In this document: positions 18,749 to 28,491 of the stretch, one piece after another
Layout of the letters: each line of letters starts with the position of its first letter
How positions within the stretch are numbered: the stretch's first letter is position 1
NCBI GenBank assembly: GCA_964476155.1
Contig: CAYYYS010000013.1
Span: forward strand, 910 to 64,909
Direction: 5' to 3'
From: an uncultured Fibrobacteraceae bacterium
GTDB lineage: Bacteria; Krumholzibacteriota; Krumholzibacteriia; LZORAL124-64-63
DNA: 64,000 nucleotides
The notes under the pieces: generated by a model
The model's database searches: none
Seen by the model: the letters and a program-made list of their open reading frames with translations, nothing else
What the model was told of the DNA's origin: nothing
Program-made: the position numbers and the translations under genes

Positions 18749-19845
18749 TCCCGTCTTCCGCCGCGTCGCCGCGAATCCTCATCACCAACGACAGCCGCAT
18801 GTGGGGTGGGACCGAACACTACGCCGTGCGCATCGCCGCCGGCCTGCATCGGCGCGGCTGCGACGTGCGGTTCCTGTGGGGCCACGACGTGGTCGGCGCG
18901 CGTGTGCGGGTCGCGGGAGTGCCCGGCGCGCGCCTGCGCCTGCGCGCCGACGGCGACCTGCCCGGCCTGTGGCGTCTCGCCCGCGAACTGCGCGCCCATC
19001 GCGCCGACGCCCTGCTGGCCACACGCTGGCGCGAGTTTCTCCTCGGCGGGATCGCCACGCGTCTGGCCGGAACGCCGCGCATGGCCATGAGCCTGGGCCT
19101 GCGCGTCGTGCCCAAGACCGACCTCAAGCGCCGCCTGATTTTCGGTCTGGCCCACCGCGTGATCGTCAACGCCGACGAGATCCGCGACGGCCTGCTCAGC
19201 CGCTCCTGGATCGACCCCGGCAAGGTTTCGGTCGTGTACAACGGCGTCGATCTGTATCGCTATCGCGACCTGACCGGCGGTGCCGCTTTCCGCGCCGAAC
19301 TGGGTGTGCCCGACGGGGCGCCCCTGCTGCTGAACATCGGCGCGTTAACGCCCCAGAAGGACCACGCCACCCTCGTCCGCGCGGCGGCGCGACTGGTCGA
19401 GCAGGTACCCTCGGCCCATGTGGTCATCGTCGGTGAAGGGTTTTTGCGCCAGGATATCGAAGCCCTGATCGCCGAGACCGGCACCGGCGAACGCATCCAC
19501 CTGGCGGGTTTCCGCGACGACGTGCGACCGGCCCTGGCCGCCGCCGACGCGTTCGTCCTCTCGTCCTACAACGAGGGTATGCCCTGGGTGATGATCGAGG
19601 CCCTGGCCGCCGGCTTGCCGTTGGTGGCCACGGATATCTCCGGCACGCGTGCATGTGTCGACGACGGCGTCAACGGCCTGATCGTCCCCGAACGTGATCC
19701 CGAGGCCTTGGCCGCGGCTTGTGTCCGCCTACTGGCGGACGACGTAAGGCACGCCGCCATGGGCGAGGCTTCACGCCGTCTGGCCGCCGAACGCTTCGAC
19801 GAAAACCGCATGATCGACCAGACCCTGGACCTTCTCCGTGGATGA
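18745..19845 (+). CDS. Glycosyltransferase family 4 (GT-B)
   Basis: GGTEHY, VYNGVD, KDHATL, EGMPWVMIEALAAGLPLVATDISG. Confidence 0.92.
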   Translation: MIPSSAASPRILITNDSRMWGGTEHYAVRIAAGLHRRGCDVRFLWGHDVVGARVRVAGVPGARLRLRADGDLPGLWRLARELRAHRADALLATRWREFLLGGIATRLAGTPRMAMSLGLRVVPKTDLKRRLIFGLAHRVIVNADEIRDGLLSRSWIDPGKVSVVYNGVDLYRYRDLTGGAAFRAELGVPDGAPLLLNIGALTPQKDHATLVRAAARLVEQVPSAHVVIVGEGFLRQDIEALIAETGTGERIHLAGFRDDVRPALAAADAFVLSSYNEGMPWVMIEALAAGLPLVATDISGTRACVDDGVNGLIVPERDPEALAAACVRLLADDVRHAAMGEASRRLAAERFDENRMIDQTLDLLRG

Positions 19846-20758
19846 TCCCCAAATGAACGACCTGCACCTGATCGATCTGGACCAGTCCCAAACCGGCTAC
19901 CGCCATTTCATCACCAGCTGGTTGTATCGTGGCGATGGGTCGACCTATATCGTCGACACGGGCCCCGCCAACACCGCCGGCGACCTGATCGACACCCTGC
20001 GCGGCCTGGACGTGACACGTCTGGATTATATCCTACTCACCCACATCCACCTGGACCACGCCGGTGCCGCGGGACATGTGGCCGAAGCCTTCCCGGACGC
20101 GAAGGTAGTGTGCTGGCCCAAGGCCGCTACCCATCTGATCGATCCGGCGCGGCTCTGGGCGGGGTCGCTGCAGGTTCTGGGCGAGACCGCTGTCATGTTC
20201 GGCGAGCCTTTGCCGATCGACGAGTACCGCCTGGTCCATCCCGACACCCTGGCCGCTCACGGCATCACCTGGCTGCACACGCCGGGCCACGCGCCGCATC
20301 ATGTGAGTTATGTCCACGGTGACATCCTGTATGTGGGGGAGGCTGCGGGCATGACTTGTCCCACGTCTACCGGCGCCTTATACCTGCGCCCCGCCACGCC
20401 GCCGCGGTTTTTTCTGGATGTGGCTCTCGACTCCCTGGATCGTCTCATGGCTCTCGATCCCCGGCCCGAGCGTTTTGTTTTGGCGCATTACGGGGCCGTG
20501 GCGGATCCGTCGACGTTCCTGGATCTGGCTCGCGATCAACTCGTCTTGTGGGTGGACGTCCTGTCCGGGTTGCGTGCGGAGATGGGTGTCGAGGACTGGT
20601 CCGCGGAATTCCAGAGCGAGGCCCTGACGGCCCTGTCCGTGGCGGATCCTTTGTTCGCGGCTTTTGCCGATCTGGACGCAGATTTGCAGACCCGTGAACA
20701 TGAGTATTTCAGGAACACGTTGGAAGGGATTCTGGGGCATTTGGCGCGAGAGGCCTAA
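19838..20758 (+). CDS. MBL-fold metallo-hydrolase
   Basis: THIHLDHAG, TPGHAPHH, LAHYG. Confidence 0.9.
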   Translation: MDDPQMNDLHLIDLDQSQTGYRHFITSWLYRGDGSTYIVDTGPANTAGDLIDTLRGLDVTRLDYILLTHIHLDHAGAAGHVAEAFPDAKVVCWPKAATHLIDPARLWAGSLQVLGETAVMFGEPLPIDEYRLVHPDTLAAHGITWLHTPGHAPHHVSYVHGDILYVGEAAGMTCPTSTGALYLRPATPPRFFLDVALDSLDRLMALDPRPERFVLAHYGAVADPSTFLDLARDQLVLWVDVLSGLRAEMGVEDWSAEFQSEALTALSVADPLFAAFADLDADLQTREHEYFRNTLEGILGHLAREA

Positions 20759-20764
20759 TCCTGG

Positions 20765-21007
20765 TTAGGCATAGGTATCGAGCAGCAGACCGGTCATACG
20801 ATTGGTCGAGCGCGCAACCGTGGCGTTGGCCTCGAAGCCGCGTACGGAGTCCTTGATCTCCACGACTTCCTTGACCAGATCGACTGGCGCGGTTTTGGGG
20901 CTTTCGTCGGTGTGACGCCAGCGAGACACCCGGTCGGCCACACCCGCCAGGCGGTCCTGGTGTGCGATCATGCCCGCGAGGGCGTTTTGTATAGCTGAGA
21001 TACTCAT
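20765..21007 (-). CDS. Small orphan flagellar basal-body rod-like protein (N and C motifs only)
   Basis: SAIQNALAGM N-terminus; VDLVKEVVE...FEANATVARSTNRMTGLLLD C-terminus; GGAGG RBS. Confidence 0.65.
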   Translation of the reverse strand: MSISAIQNALAGMIAHQDRLAGVADRVSRWRHTDESPKTAPVDLVKEVVEIKDSVRGFEANATVARSTNRMTGLLLDTYA

Positions 21008-21093
21008 CGATTAAATTACCTCCTGATATATCATCGGCAGATCTCACAATAACTTAAGTGTTCTTGATCTTATGTCGCGTCTTGGCCAGTCGC

Positions 21094-23247
21094 TCACCGC
21101 ACCAAAGACAGCTTGCGTGACACGGTGCGTCCCGCCGAAGTGATCCTCACCAGGTAGGCACCGCTCGACGCCGACCGTCCGGCATCGTCGCGCCCGTCCC
21201 ACACGAGCGTGTGCGTTCCCGGCTCATAGGCCAAACCGGCGGCCAGGCTCCGTACACGGCGCCCGGCGGTCGACCAGACGGTCACGTCAACCGGTGCGGC
21301 GGCGTCCAGTGTGAAGCGGATCTCCGCGCGGGGGTTGCCCGGGTTGGGGTACACCGCGAGGTTGAAGGCGGCGGCCGGCGCCTCGCCGACGGCCACGTTC
21401 GTGTCCAGGTTCAGCCAGATGGGATTGGTGTAGGCCCGGTGGCCGGCGTCGCCGTCGGTGGTGACGCATTCGGCCCGCAAGGCGCACCAGCCCAGGGGCA
21501 GCACGCCGGCCAGATCCAGCGACGCGTTGCCGGCCAGGCCCTGGCCCTGGCCCGATGGCGCCAGGCTCAGCAGCGAGATCTTGTTTCCCGGTTCCAGCAG
21601 CCACACGGTGACCGATGCGATTTCCCCGAACTCCGGCAGCGAAGCCCAGCGCAGGCGCAGTGTGCCGGGGTGGTCGGGGTGCGCGAGGACGTCGCCACCG
21701 ATGGCCGTGTCGTTCGCGTCGTACCAGTCGCCGTCGTTGTCGCCGTCCAGCCCGATTTCCAGGAATGGGCCGTCGGTAACGACCGAGCGGCCGGCCGTGA
21801 AGGCGGCCAGCAGGTCGACGGTGGGCGGCACCTCGCCGGACCGCGCGCCGGGGACGTAAACCACCGTTTGCACCTTGCCCATGGCGTTGTCATCGGCGTA
21901 GTCGTCCACGCTCATGTGACTGGAGAAGTTGAAATCGCCGTGGGCATCGCTGCCGCCGGAGAGGAAGAGCTTGCGTGGCGAACCGGAGGCCAGGTCGGTC
22001 TGCAGCAGGTCATCCCACAGGGCGATGCCGGTCAGCAGGCCGTTGGGGTATGGATCGTCGGACGGGTTGCCGGCGTCGAAGTCGCTCCAGGGGTCGTACT
22101 GGTCGGTGGAGTAGACCGTGCGGCGTGTGTTGAAGACCTCCACACCGCGGAAGGACGGTCGGGTGAGAGCCGCGACCAGGTCTTCGTCGCCCCAGACCGC
22201 GCCGTTGATGCCCCAGTCGTAGCCCAGGACTTCGGCACTCAGATCGTCGATGGGATGGGCCGCGTAGGCGAAGCCGCCGCCGAGGGCGTCGAGGCCGCCG
22301 GTCACCGATGGTGACACGGGACGCTCGCCCGGCGCGCCCGAGTCGGGGGAATGGACGTAGGGGCCGTCGTAGAAGAGGCAGTGCAGGGTCTTTTCCCAGG
22401 AATCCCCGTCCACCGACGCCAGATTGATTTCCACGCCACGGTGGAGCCGGAAGTCACTGTCGGAAAGCAGGGCGGCATCCACGCCCAGAGCTCCCCAGGC
22501 GCCGCCCTCGGCGACCACGTCGCGGTAGGTCGTATGAATGCCGGTCTCGTCCTGCAGGGTCCATTCCCATTGCCCGGTGGCGTAGGAGTAGTCGCCGTCG
22601 CCGGTCTCGTCCAGGTCGCAGCTGTGGTCGGTGGCGGTCAGCCAGTGCAGCCCCATGGCCACGGCGGTCTCGCGGACCGCGGGCAAGGGGGCGCCCCACT
22701 CGTAGATGTTGTTGGTGAACATGGTGTGGTAGTGGGTGTCGCCGCCGAACCAGTCGTCGGGCCAGGGGAAGGGGCCGCTGCCCACGTGCACGCGCAGGGT
22801 GCGCGATTCCGTGTAGTTGAACCAGTCGTCGCGATAGTAGACCTGTACCTCGATCTGGATGGCGTCGCCGGCCCCGTAGCCCAGGTTGGCGGGGGTCAGG
22901 AGCGTGCCGTTCGGCAGGGAGGGGTGGCCTTCGGTCACCTTGGTGATCCAGGTCCAGTAGTTGTCTTCGCTGGCGTCGTTGCCGATGGTCTCGTCGCCGT
23001 AATCGTGATTCCAGATCAGTGTTGAGCCGGCGGTGACGTCCCAGGCGCGGATCCAGTGCAGGTCACGGATATCGTCTACGTCGCAGTCCTTGAGGATGAC
23101 CGTCAACGGGATGGGGGTCTGGGCGTCGATCACTCGCCAGGGGGCATCCATGATGAAGTCCTTGGCGAGCGTGTTTTCGTATTTGTCCGATGCGGGGACG
23201 GCGGTTGACAAGAGCAGCAGGGCGATACATATCAGGGGCTTGTTCAC
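21094..23247 (-). CDS. Secreted PHP-family (CehA/McbA-like) metallohydrolase with FlgD/T9SS-like C-terminal domain
   Basis: Signal peptide; GDTHYHT, ATDH, GGSDAH; tail YPNPGNP...VWDGRDDAG...SGAY...RKLSLVR. Confidence 0.78.
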   Translation of the reverse strand: MNKPLICIALLLLSTAVPASDKYENTLAKDFIMDAPWRVIDAQTPIPLTVILKDCDVDDIRDLHWIRAWDVTAGSTLIWNHDYGDETIGNDASEDNYWTWITKVTEGHPSLPNGTLLTPANLGYGAGDAIQIEVQVYYRDDWFNYTESRTLRVHVGSGPFPWPDDWFGGDTHYHTMFTNNIYEWGAPLPAVRETAVAMGLHWLTATDHSCDLDETGDGDYSYATGQWEWTLQDETGIHTTYRDVVAEGGAWGALGVDAALLSDSDFRLHRGVEINLASVDGDSWEKTLHCLFYDGPYVHSPDSGAPGERPVSPSVTGGLDALGGGFAYAAHPIDDLSAEVLGYDWGINGAVWGDEDLVAALTRPSFRGVEVFNTRRTVYSTDQYDPWSDFDAGNPSDDPYPNGLLTGIALWDDLLQTDLASGSPRKLFLSGGSDAHGDFNFSSHMSVDDYADDNAMGKVQTVVYVPGARSGEVPPTVDLLAAFTAGRSVVTDGPFLEIGLDGDNDGDWYDANDTAIGGDVLAHPDHPGTLRLRWASLPEFGEIASVTVWLLEPGNKISLLSLAPSGQGQGLAGNASLDLAGVLPLGWCALRAECVTTDGDAGHRAYTNPIWLNLDTNVAVGEAPAAAFNLAVYPNPGNPRAEIRFTLDAAAPVDVTVWSTAGRRVRSLAAGLAYEPGTHTLVWDGRDDAGRSASSGAYLVRITSAGRTVSRKLSLVR

Positions 23248-23531
23248 GGTGTTCCTCCCAATTGAATAGCTGGGTGGAGTATATCACATGTGGTGTGTAT
23301 CCGGTTGTGCAATATCAGGGTCGTGGAGCCGTATCGAGATAATCCCCACAGGGATGCAGGATGCGACTCGGGGCGGAAGGACAGGGCCATGATCAGGAAA
23401 TGTGATCGGGAACCAGCGATGCTGTTCTCGTGTAAGTCCGTCTGTTACTGCGACGCGGACGATCCCATATCCAGGAACTGATCACGCCAACTGTGGACAC
23501 CCCCCGACATGCCCCTTATATTCGGCCGATC

Positions 23532-24320
23532 ATGACGGCCCTACTCACAAGCCTCGGCGCCTTTTCGTTCAACGCCCTGCAGAACGCGGGACGCAGCAGC
23601 ATGCTGCTGCTCGAGATCGTCATGCAGCTGCCGCAGATGTGGCGCATGCGCCGCGAAATTTCCAACCAGATGCATATCGTGGCCGTGGGATCGATGCCCC
23701 TGATCATCACCACCTCGATTTTCGTGGGCGCGGTGACCGCGGTGCAGGCCGTGTACCAGATGCAGGCCTACGTGCCCATGAAATTTCTGGGCACGGTCAT
23801 CTCGAAATCCGTCTTCATCGAACTGGGGCCGGTGCTGGTGGCGCTGGTGGTCGGCGGCCGTCTGTGCGCCAACTACGCCGCCGAGCTGGGCACCATGAAG
23901 GTGACCGAGCAGATCGACGCCCTGGAGATGCTGGCGATCGATCCCATGCGTCACCTGGCCATGCCGCGCTTCGTGGCGACGTTCCTGATGATGCCCGTGA
24001 TCACCGTTTTCGCCGACGCCATCGCCATCTTCAGCGGCTACATCGTGTCGATCGGCACCATGGACGTGACCGCCACCACCTTCAAGGAGGGGCTGCTCGC
24101 GTTCTTCGAGATGAAGGACCTGCTGAGCGGCCTGATCAAGGCCTTCTTCTTCGGCGCGATCATCGCCATGTCGGGGTTATTTTTCGGCCTCAACACGCGC
24201 GGCGGCGCCGAGGGCGTGGGCAACGCGACCATGATGGCGGTCGTCAGCAGCTGTGTGAGCGTGCTGGTGGCGGACTACTTCCTGGCCACCATCCTCTTCC
24301 AGATCATCTTCGGGAGCTGA
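23532..24320 (+). CDS. mlaE: MlaE family ABC permease
   Basis: ELGPVL, AAELGTMKVTEQIDALE, GGAEGVGNAT. Confidence 0.93.
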   Translation: MTALLTSLGAFSFNALQNAGRSSMLLLEIVMQLPQMWRMRREISNQMHIVAVGSMPLIITTSIFVGAVTAVQAVYQMQAYVPMKFLGTVISKSVFIELGPVLVALVVGGRLCANYAAELGTMKVTEQIDALEMLAIDPMRHLAMPRFVATFLMMPVITVFADAIAIFSGYIVSIGTMDVTATTFKEGLLAFFEMKDLLSGLIKAFFFGAIIAMSGLFFGLNTRGGAEGVGNATMMAVVSSCVSVLVADYFLATILFQIIFGS

Positions 24321-24321
24321 C

Positions 24322-25131
24322 ATGGGCCGTCTGCACGATATACCCCTGCCCGACTTCAGCGTGGACGACCCCGCGTCGAGCAACGGTATCGTGCTGCAGA
24401 ATCTGACCAAGACGTTCCAGGGTCGCAAGGTGCTCGACGGTCTCGATTTCACCATCAACCGCGGCGAGACCGTGGTGATCATCGGACGTAGCGGTGAGGG
24501 CAAGTCGGTCCTGCTGAAGCATATCGTACGGCTGCTGATGCCCGAGACCGGCCACGTCTGGGTCGACGGGGACGAGATCACCGGCATGGGCAAGACCAAG
24601 CTCTTCGAAGTGCGCAAGCGCTTCGGCATGCTCTTCCAGGGAGCGGCGCTCTTCGATTCGTTGACCATCTGCGGGAACGTGGGACTGGGGCTCAAGGAGA
24701 ACGGCGGCCATACCGCCGAGGAGATTCTCGACCGCGCCCACATATGCCTGGCCCAGGTGGGCCTGACCGAGGTGGGGGACAAGCTGCCGTCGCAACTGTC
24801 GGGCGGGATGAAGAAGCGCGCCGGTCTGGCGCGGGCCATCGCCATGCAGCCCGACTACATTCTCTACGACGAGCCGACCACCGGGCTCGATCCGATCACG
24901 TCGGACGCCATCAACGACCTCATCCTGCAACTGCAGGCCGAACTCAACGTGACCTCGATCGTGGTGACCCACGACATGGCCAGCGCCTTCAAGGTGGCCG
25001 ACCGCATCGCCATGATCTCGAGCGGGAAAATCATCTACGCCGCGGGAGTCGACGAAACCCGTGACACGGACCACCCGATGGTCCGCCAGTTCATCGACGG
25101 CAGCGCGCAGGGTCCGCTGGACGTGTTCTAG
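24322..25131 (+). CDS. mlaF: MlaF family ABC ATP-binding protein
   Basis: GRSGEGKS, GMLFQGAALFDSL, LSGGMKKR, YDEPTTGLDP. Confidence 0.93.
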   Translation: MGRLHDIPLPDFSVDDPASSNGIVLQNLTKTFQGRKVLDGLDFTINRGETVVIIGRSGEGKSVLLKHIVRLLMPETGHVWVDGDEITGMGKTKLFEVRKRFGMLFQGAALFDSLTICGNVGLGLKENGGHTAEEILDRAHICLAQVGLTEVGDKLPSQLSGGMKKRAGLARAIAMQPDYILYDEPTTGLDPITSDAINDLILQLQAELNVTSIVVTHDMASAFKVADRIAMISSGKIIYAAGVDETRDTDHPMVRQFIDGSAQGPLDVF

Positions 25132-25160
25132 CGGTCGTCGCGCGGCGCAAGGGAGTGCCC

Positions 25161-26051
25161 ATGGGCAGCAAGAAGGAAATCCAGGTCGGCATCACCGTTA
25201 TCCTGTCCCTGATCATCCTGGTCTGGGGAACGCTCTGGTTCAAGCAGGTGCGCTTCTCGGGCGGCGTGGACCGATACGTGGCCGAGTTCACCACCGTTGG
25301 CGGCCTGCAGGGCGGCGATCGCGTGCAGGTGCGCGGCATTCGCCTGGGCGCGGTGGAGCACTTCGCCATCGAGGGCGACGTGGTGCGCGTGCGTTTCTAC
25401 GTGGACGAGAGCGCCGGCCTGCGACAGGACGCCAAGGTGACCCTGACGAGCCAGGGCATCGTCGGCGAGATGCTGCTGGAGATTCTGCCGGGCGAAGGCG
25501 AGCCGGCCCCCGACGGTTTCGTCTACCAGGGCAAGGTCATGCAGGACATGAACGCCATGATGGACGAGGGCGCCGCGACCCTGGTCGACGCGCGCGAACT
25601 GACCCGGGAAGTGACCGCCTTCATGGCCGAACTGCGCGGCGACGGCCGACTGGGCAACATGGTCGACGAGACACGCGGCGTCATGAGCACGCTCCAGACC
25701 ACCACTGAGGAAATCGCCCCGGACCTGAAGAGCCTGGTCGCGGACCTGAGCGAAACCACCAACGCCGTGCGCGCGGCCGTGGTCGGCCCGGACAGTCTAC
25801 TCGCCGGCACGCTCCAGGGCGCCGAGACTGCCATGGCGCGGGTCGATACCCTGACGCAGCAACTGGCGCGGGCCACGATCCTGTTGACCGATGTCCTCGA
25901 GCGGCTAGAGGCGGGAGAGGGCAGCGCGGGACGGCTGTTGCAAGATGACTCGTTGTATGCGCAGGCCGAGTCGATCATCGTCGCGGTGCAGGATCTGGTG
26001 GCGGATATGAAGGCGCGGCCTAAGCGGTATTTTCATGTGAGTTTGTTCTGA
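25161..26051 (+). CDS. mlaD: MlaD/MCE family protein
   Basis: N-terminal TM helix, GLQGGDRVQVRGIRLGAV MCE motif, helical tail ending PKRYFHVSLF. Confidence 0.9.
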   Translation: MGSKKEIQVGITVILSLIILVWGTLWFKQVRFSGGVDRYVAEFTTVGGLQGGDRVQVRGIRLGAVEHFAIEGDVVRVRFYVDESAGLRQDAKVTLTSQGIVGEMLLEILPGEGEPAPDGFVYQGKVMQDMNAMMDEGAATLVDARELTREVTAFMAELRGDGRLGNMVDETRGVMSTLQTTTEEIAPDLKSLVADLSETTNAVRAAVVGPDSLLAGTLQGAETAMARVDTLTQQLARATILLTDVLERLEAGEGSAGRLLQDDSLYAQAESIIVAVQDLVADMKARPKRYFHVSLF

Positions 26052-26066
26052 GCGATCGATTGGCCA

Positions 26067-26187
26067 CCCACATCACCCTGGGGTGATGTGGGCGCAAAGT
26101 CATATCAAAAACAGGGCCTCTGGGGGCCGCAGGCAGCACTTCACATCAAAAATGGGGTACCACGTGGTACCGTGGGTGTGGATAAGT
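26067..26187 (-). repeat. Intergenic repeat copy B (DnaA box + palindrome + extra module + 12-bp hairpin)
   Basis: 26144-26187 is the exact reverse complement of 566-609; hairpin CCCACATCACCC-TG-GGGTGATGTGGG at 26067-26092 is shared with copy C. Confidence 0.93.
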
Positions 26188-26274
26188 ACCATCTCTTCGG
26201 CCCGGTTGTTATCTGAAGGCACATCAGGTAGCATTGGAATAAAGTCTCATCAGCCGGATCGACGGGAGAGAACC

Positions 26275-28488
26275 ATGAGACGACTAGTATTGCTCCTGCT
26301 CACCAATCTCATATTCGTAACCCTCTCCGCAGCCGGCGACTTCACCACCGGTGAGACCAGCATCACCCGCCTCTCCGACGACGAACGCGCGGTCATTCTC
26401 GGCGGCTTTCGTTTCCCCACAGGACCGGTTTCCGTGCGCGATTATCCCCGAGTCGGCTCCCTACCGCCCGCCCTCGACTGGCGTGACACACCAATCGGTT
26501 CCTACGTCAGCGACGTGCGTTGGCAGGGAGTTTGCGGCTCGTGTTGGGCCTTCACCGCCATGGCAGCTTTCGAATCGGCGCTGATGGTCGCCACCGACAC
26601 GCCGGACGTCGATCCCGACCTGTCCGAACAGTACATCCTGTCCTGCAACTGGGACGCGGGTACCTGCCAAGGCGGTTGGCTGGAAGGCGCGCTCGAATTC
26701 CTGCGACTGGCCGGCGCGCCGACCGAAGCCTGCTTCGTCTATATGGGGAACGATCAGATCCCCTGTCGCACGAGTTGCCACACGACCCTGGACCTGCTCG
26801 AGAAGGTCGATGACTGGTGGTTCGTCACCGCCGGATTTGCAGACCAGGTTGCCATCAAGACCGCCCTGCAGGACGGTCCGCTGTCGACGGCCTTGATGAT
26901 CCACGACAATTTCATGGGCTACACAGGGGGCATCTACGATGCCTACGGCAGTCCAGAAACCGGCGACGGCCACACCCTGCTGCTGGTGGGATACGACGAC
27001 ACCCAACAATGCTGGATCGCCAAGAACAGCTGGGGCACGGATTGGGGCGAGGACGGATTCTGTCGCATCGCCTACGACGACGGCTGCGGTTTCGCGGCCT
27101 ACACGCTGGCTTGTACCTACGATCCGCTATGGGAACCGAGCGTCGCCTGGTCACCGGCCGAGATCAACGCCGGCGAGCCTGTCGCCATCACTTACGATGC
27201 CACCGGTCGGCCCCTGCAGGGCCTCGGCGGCCTCCTGATCCACTCGGGCCACGACGACTGGGAGGGCATCACCGACACGCCCCTGACCCAGACGGATACG
27301 GACAACTGGTCGGTCACGATCACGCCGCCGATCGGGGCGCAGTCGCTGGAGTTCGTCTTCACCGACGGGCTCGACACCTGGGACAACAACGGCGGTGTCG
27401 ACTGGATCGTGCCCTTGGCCGGTTCCACGCCCGACTTTGTCATGGATGGATTGTTGGACGCGGTCGCGACACCCCTGGCGACAAACGGCACGCTGACCTT
27501 ATGGAGCGCATTCGCCGGGTCCGAGCTCTACGTGGCCATCCAGGATGAGAGAGTTCCGCGCACCGAAGATCTTTTCATCCTGGTGGCGACCGATCCCTAC
27601 GAATATCGCCCGGCTACCTGGGCCAAGGCCGGCAGCACGATGAACTGGGACTGGTTCCTGGCCGCCGAAGTCGACAACGGCTGGTCCGGCTGGTTCGATT
27701 TCGGGGAGACCGTGCAGGAGGGCGCCGCGTACCGGCGATCCAACGGGGATGTTCTCGAAGGGACGCTCGACCTCGATATTCTGATGCCGGGGCGCGCGCC
27801 CCGGGAGCTATGGTTCGCCGCGGCCGCCTACGAAACCCACAGCGGTGGTACCCTGATGCGCCAGGCGCCCGCCGGCAACAGCGACAACACGATCACGGAA
27901 TCGGAGATGATTCGCGAGGTCATCGTGGCGAACGAGCGGGTCTTGTTGGATGTGCGTCGCACGAGTGTCGGTGTGGAGATCGCCTGGGTCTTGGCCGAGC
28001 CCATGGTCGGCGAATTGAGTCTGACCGCCGCGGCTGGTGAGACCGGCTGGCTGGTTCCCTATATCACGGACGACGGTCTGCATTACTACGGCGAAGACCG
28101 TTCGGCCGCGGCACGCGGCGGTGTCGTGATCACCTATCGCCTTCAGGGCCGACGTTACGACGGCACCTCATATCTGCTGGCGGAGGGGGACACGCCAGGA
28201 CGGGGCACGGGGGCGCTGCGTCTCGATCCCGTCTTCCCCAATCCGGCCAACCCGGGCCTGGACGTTTGTTTTACTCTGGCCGTTCCCGGTCGGGTCACCT
28301 TACGCATTCTCGATGCGCGCGGACGTCTGGTGAACACGCTATTGGACGAACCACGCTCGGTCGGCGCCCATGCCGTGAGCTGGGATGGTCGGACGCATGA
28401 CGGGGTGCCCGCGGCCTCGGGCGTTTATTTCGCGCAGGTCTTGAGCGGTGATTTTACGCAGACACGCAAGCTGACGCTGGCCCGGTGA
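26275..28488 (+). CDS. Secreted papain-family (C1A) cysteine peptidase with starch-binding-like modules and FlgD/T9SS-like tail
   Basis: QGVCGSCWAF, GHTLLLVGY, WIAKNSWG; WDNNGGVDW CBM-like motif; FPNPANP...WDGR...SGVYF...RKLTLAR. Confidence 0.85.
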   Translation: MRRLVLLLLTNLIFVTLSAAGDFTTGETSITRLSDDERAVILGGFRFPTGPVSVRDYPRVGSLPPALDWRDTPIGSYVSDVRWQGVCGSCWAFTAMAAFESALMVATDTPDVDPDLSEQYILSCNWDAGTCQGGWLEGALEFLRLAGAPTEACFVYMGNDQIPCRTSCHTTLDLLEKVDDWWFVTAGFADQVAIKTALQDGPLSTALMIHDNFMGYTGGIYDAYGSPETGDGHTLLLVGYDDTQQCWIAKNSWGTDWGEDGFCRIAYDDGCGFAAYTLACTYDPLWEPSVAWSPAEINAGEPVAITYDATGRPLQGLGGLLIHSGHDDWEGITDTPLTQTDTDNWSVTITPPIGAQSLEFVFTDGLDTWDNNGGVDWIVPLAGSTPDFVMDGLLDAVATPLATNGTLTLWSAFAGSELYVAIQDERVPRTEDLFILVATDPYEYRPATWAKAGSTMNWDWFLAAEVDNGWSGWFDFGETVQEGAAYRRSNGDVLEGTLDLDILMPGRAPRELWFAAAAYETHSGGTLMRQAPAGNSDNTITESEMIREVIVANERVLLDVRRTSVGVEIAWVLAEPMVGELSLTAAAGETGWLVPYITDDGLHYYGEDRSAAARGGVVITYRLQGRRYDGTSYLLAEGDTPGRGTGALRLDPVFPNPANPGLDVCFTLAVPGRVTLRILDARGRLVNTLLDEPRSVGAHAVSWDGRTHDGVPAASGVYFAQVLSGDFTQTRKLTLAR

Positions 28489-28491
28489 TCG

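Noticed and set aside
23532-26051. mlaEFD lacking mlaB and mlaC
   Set aside because: Three-gene MCE operons are the usual form outside Proteobacteria.
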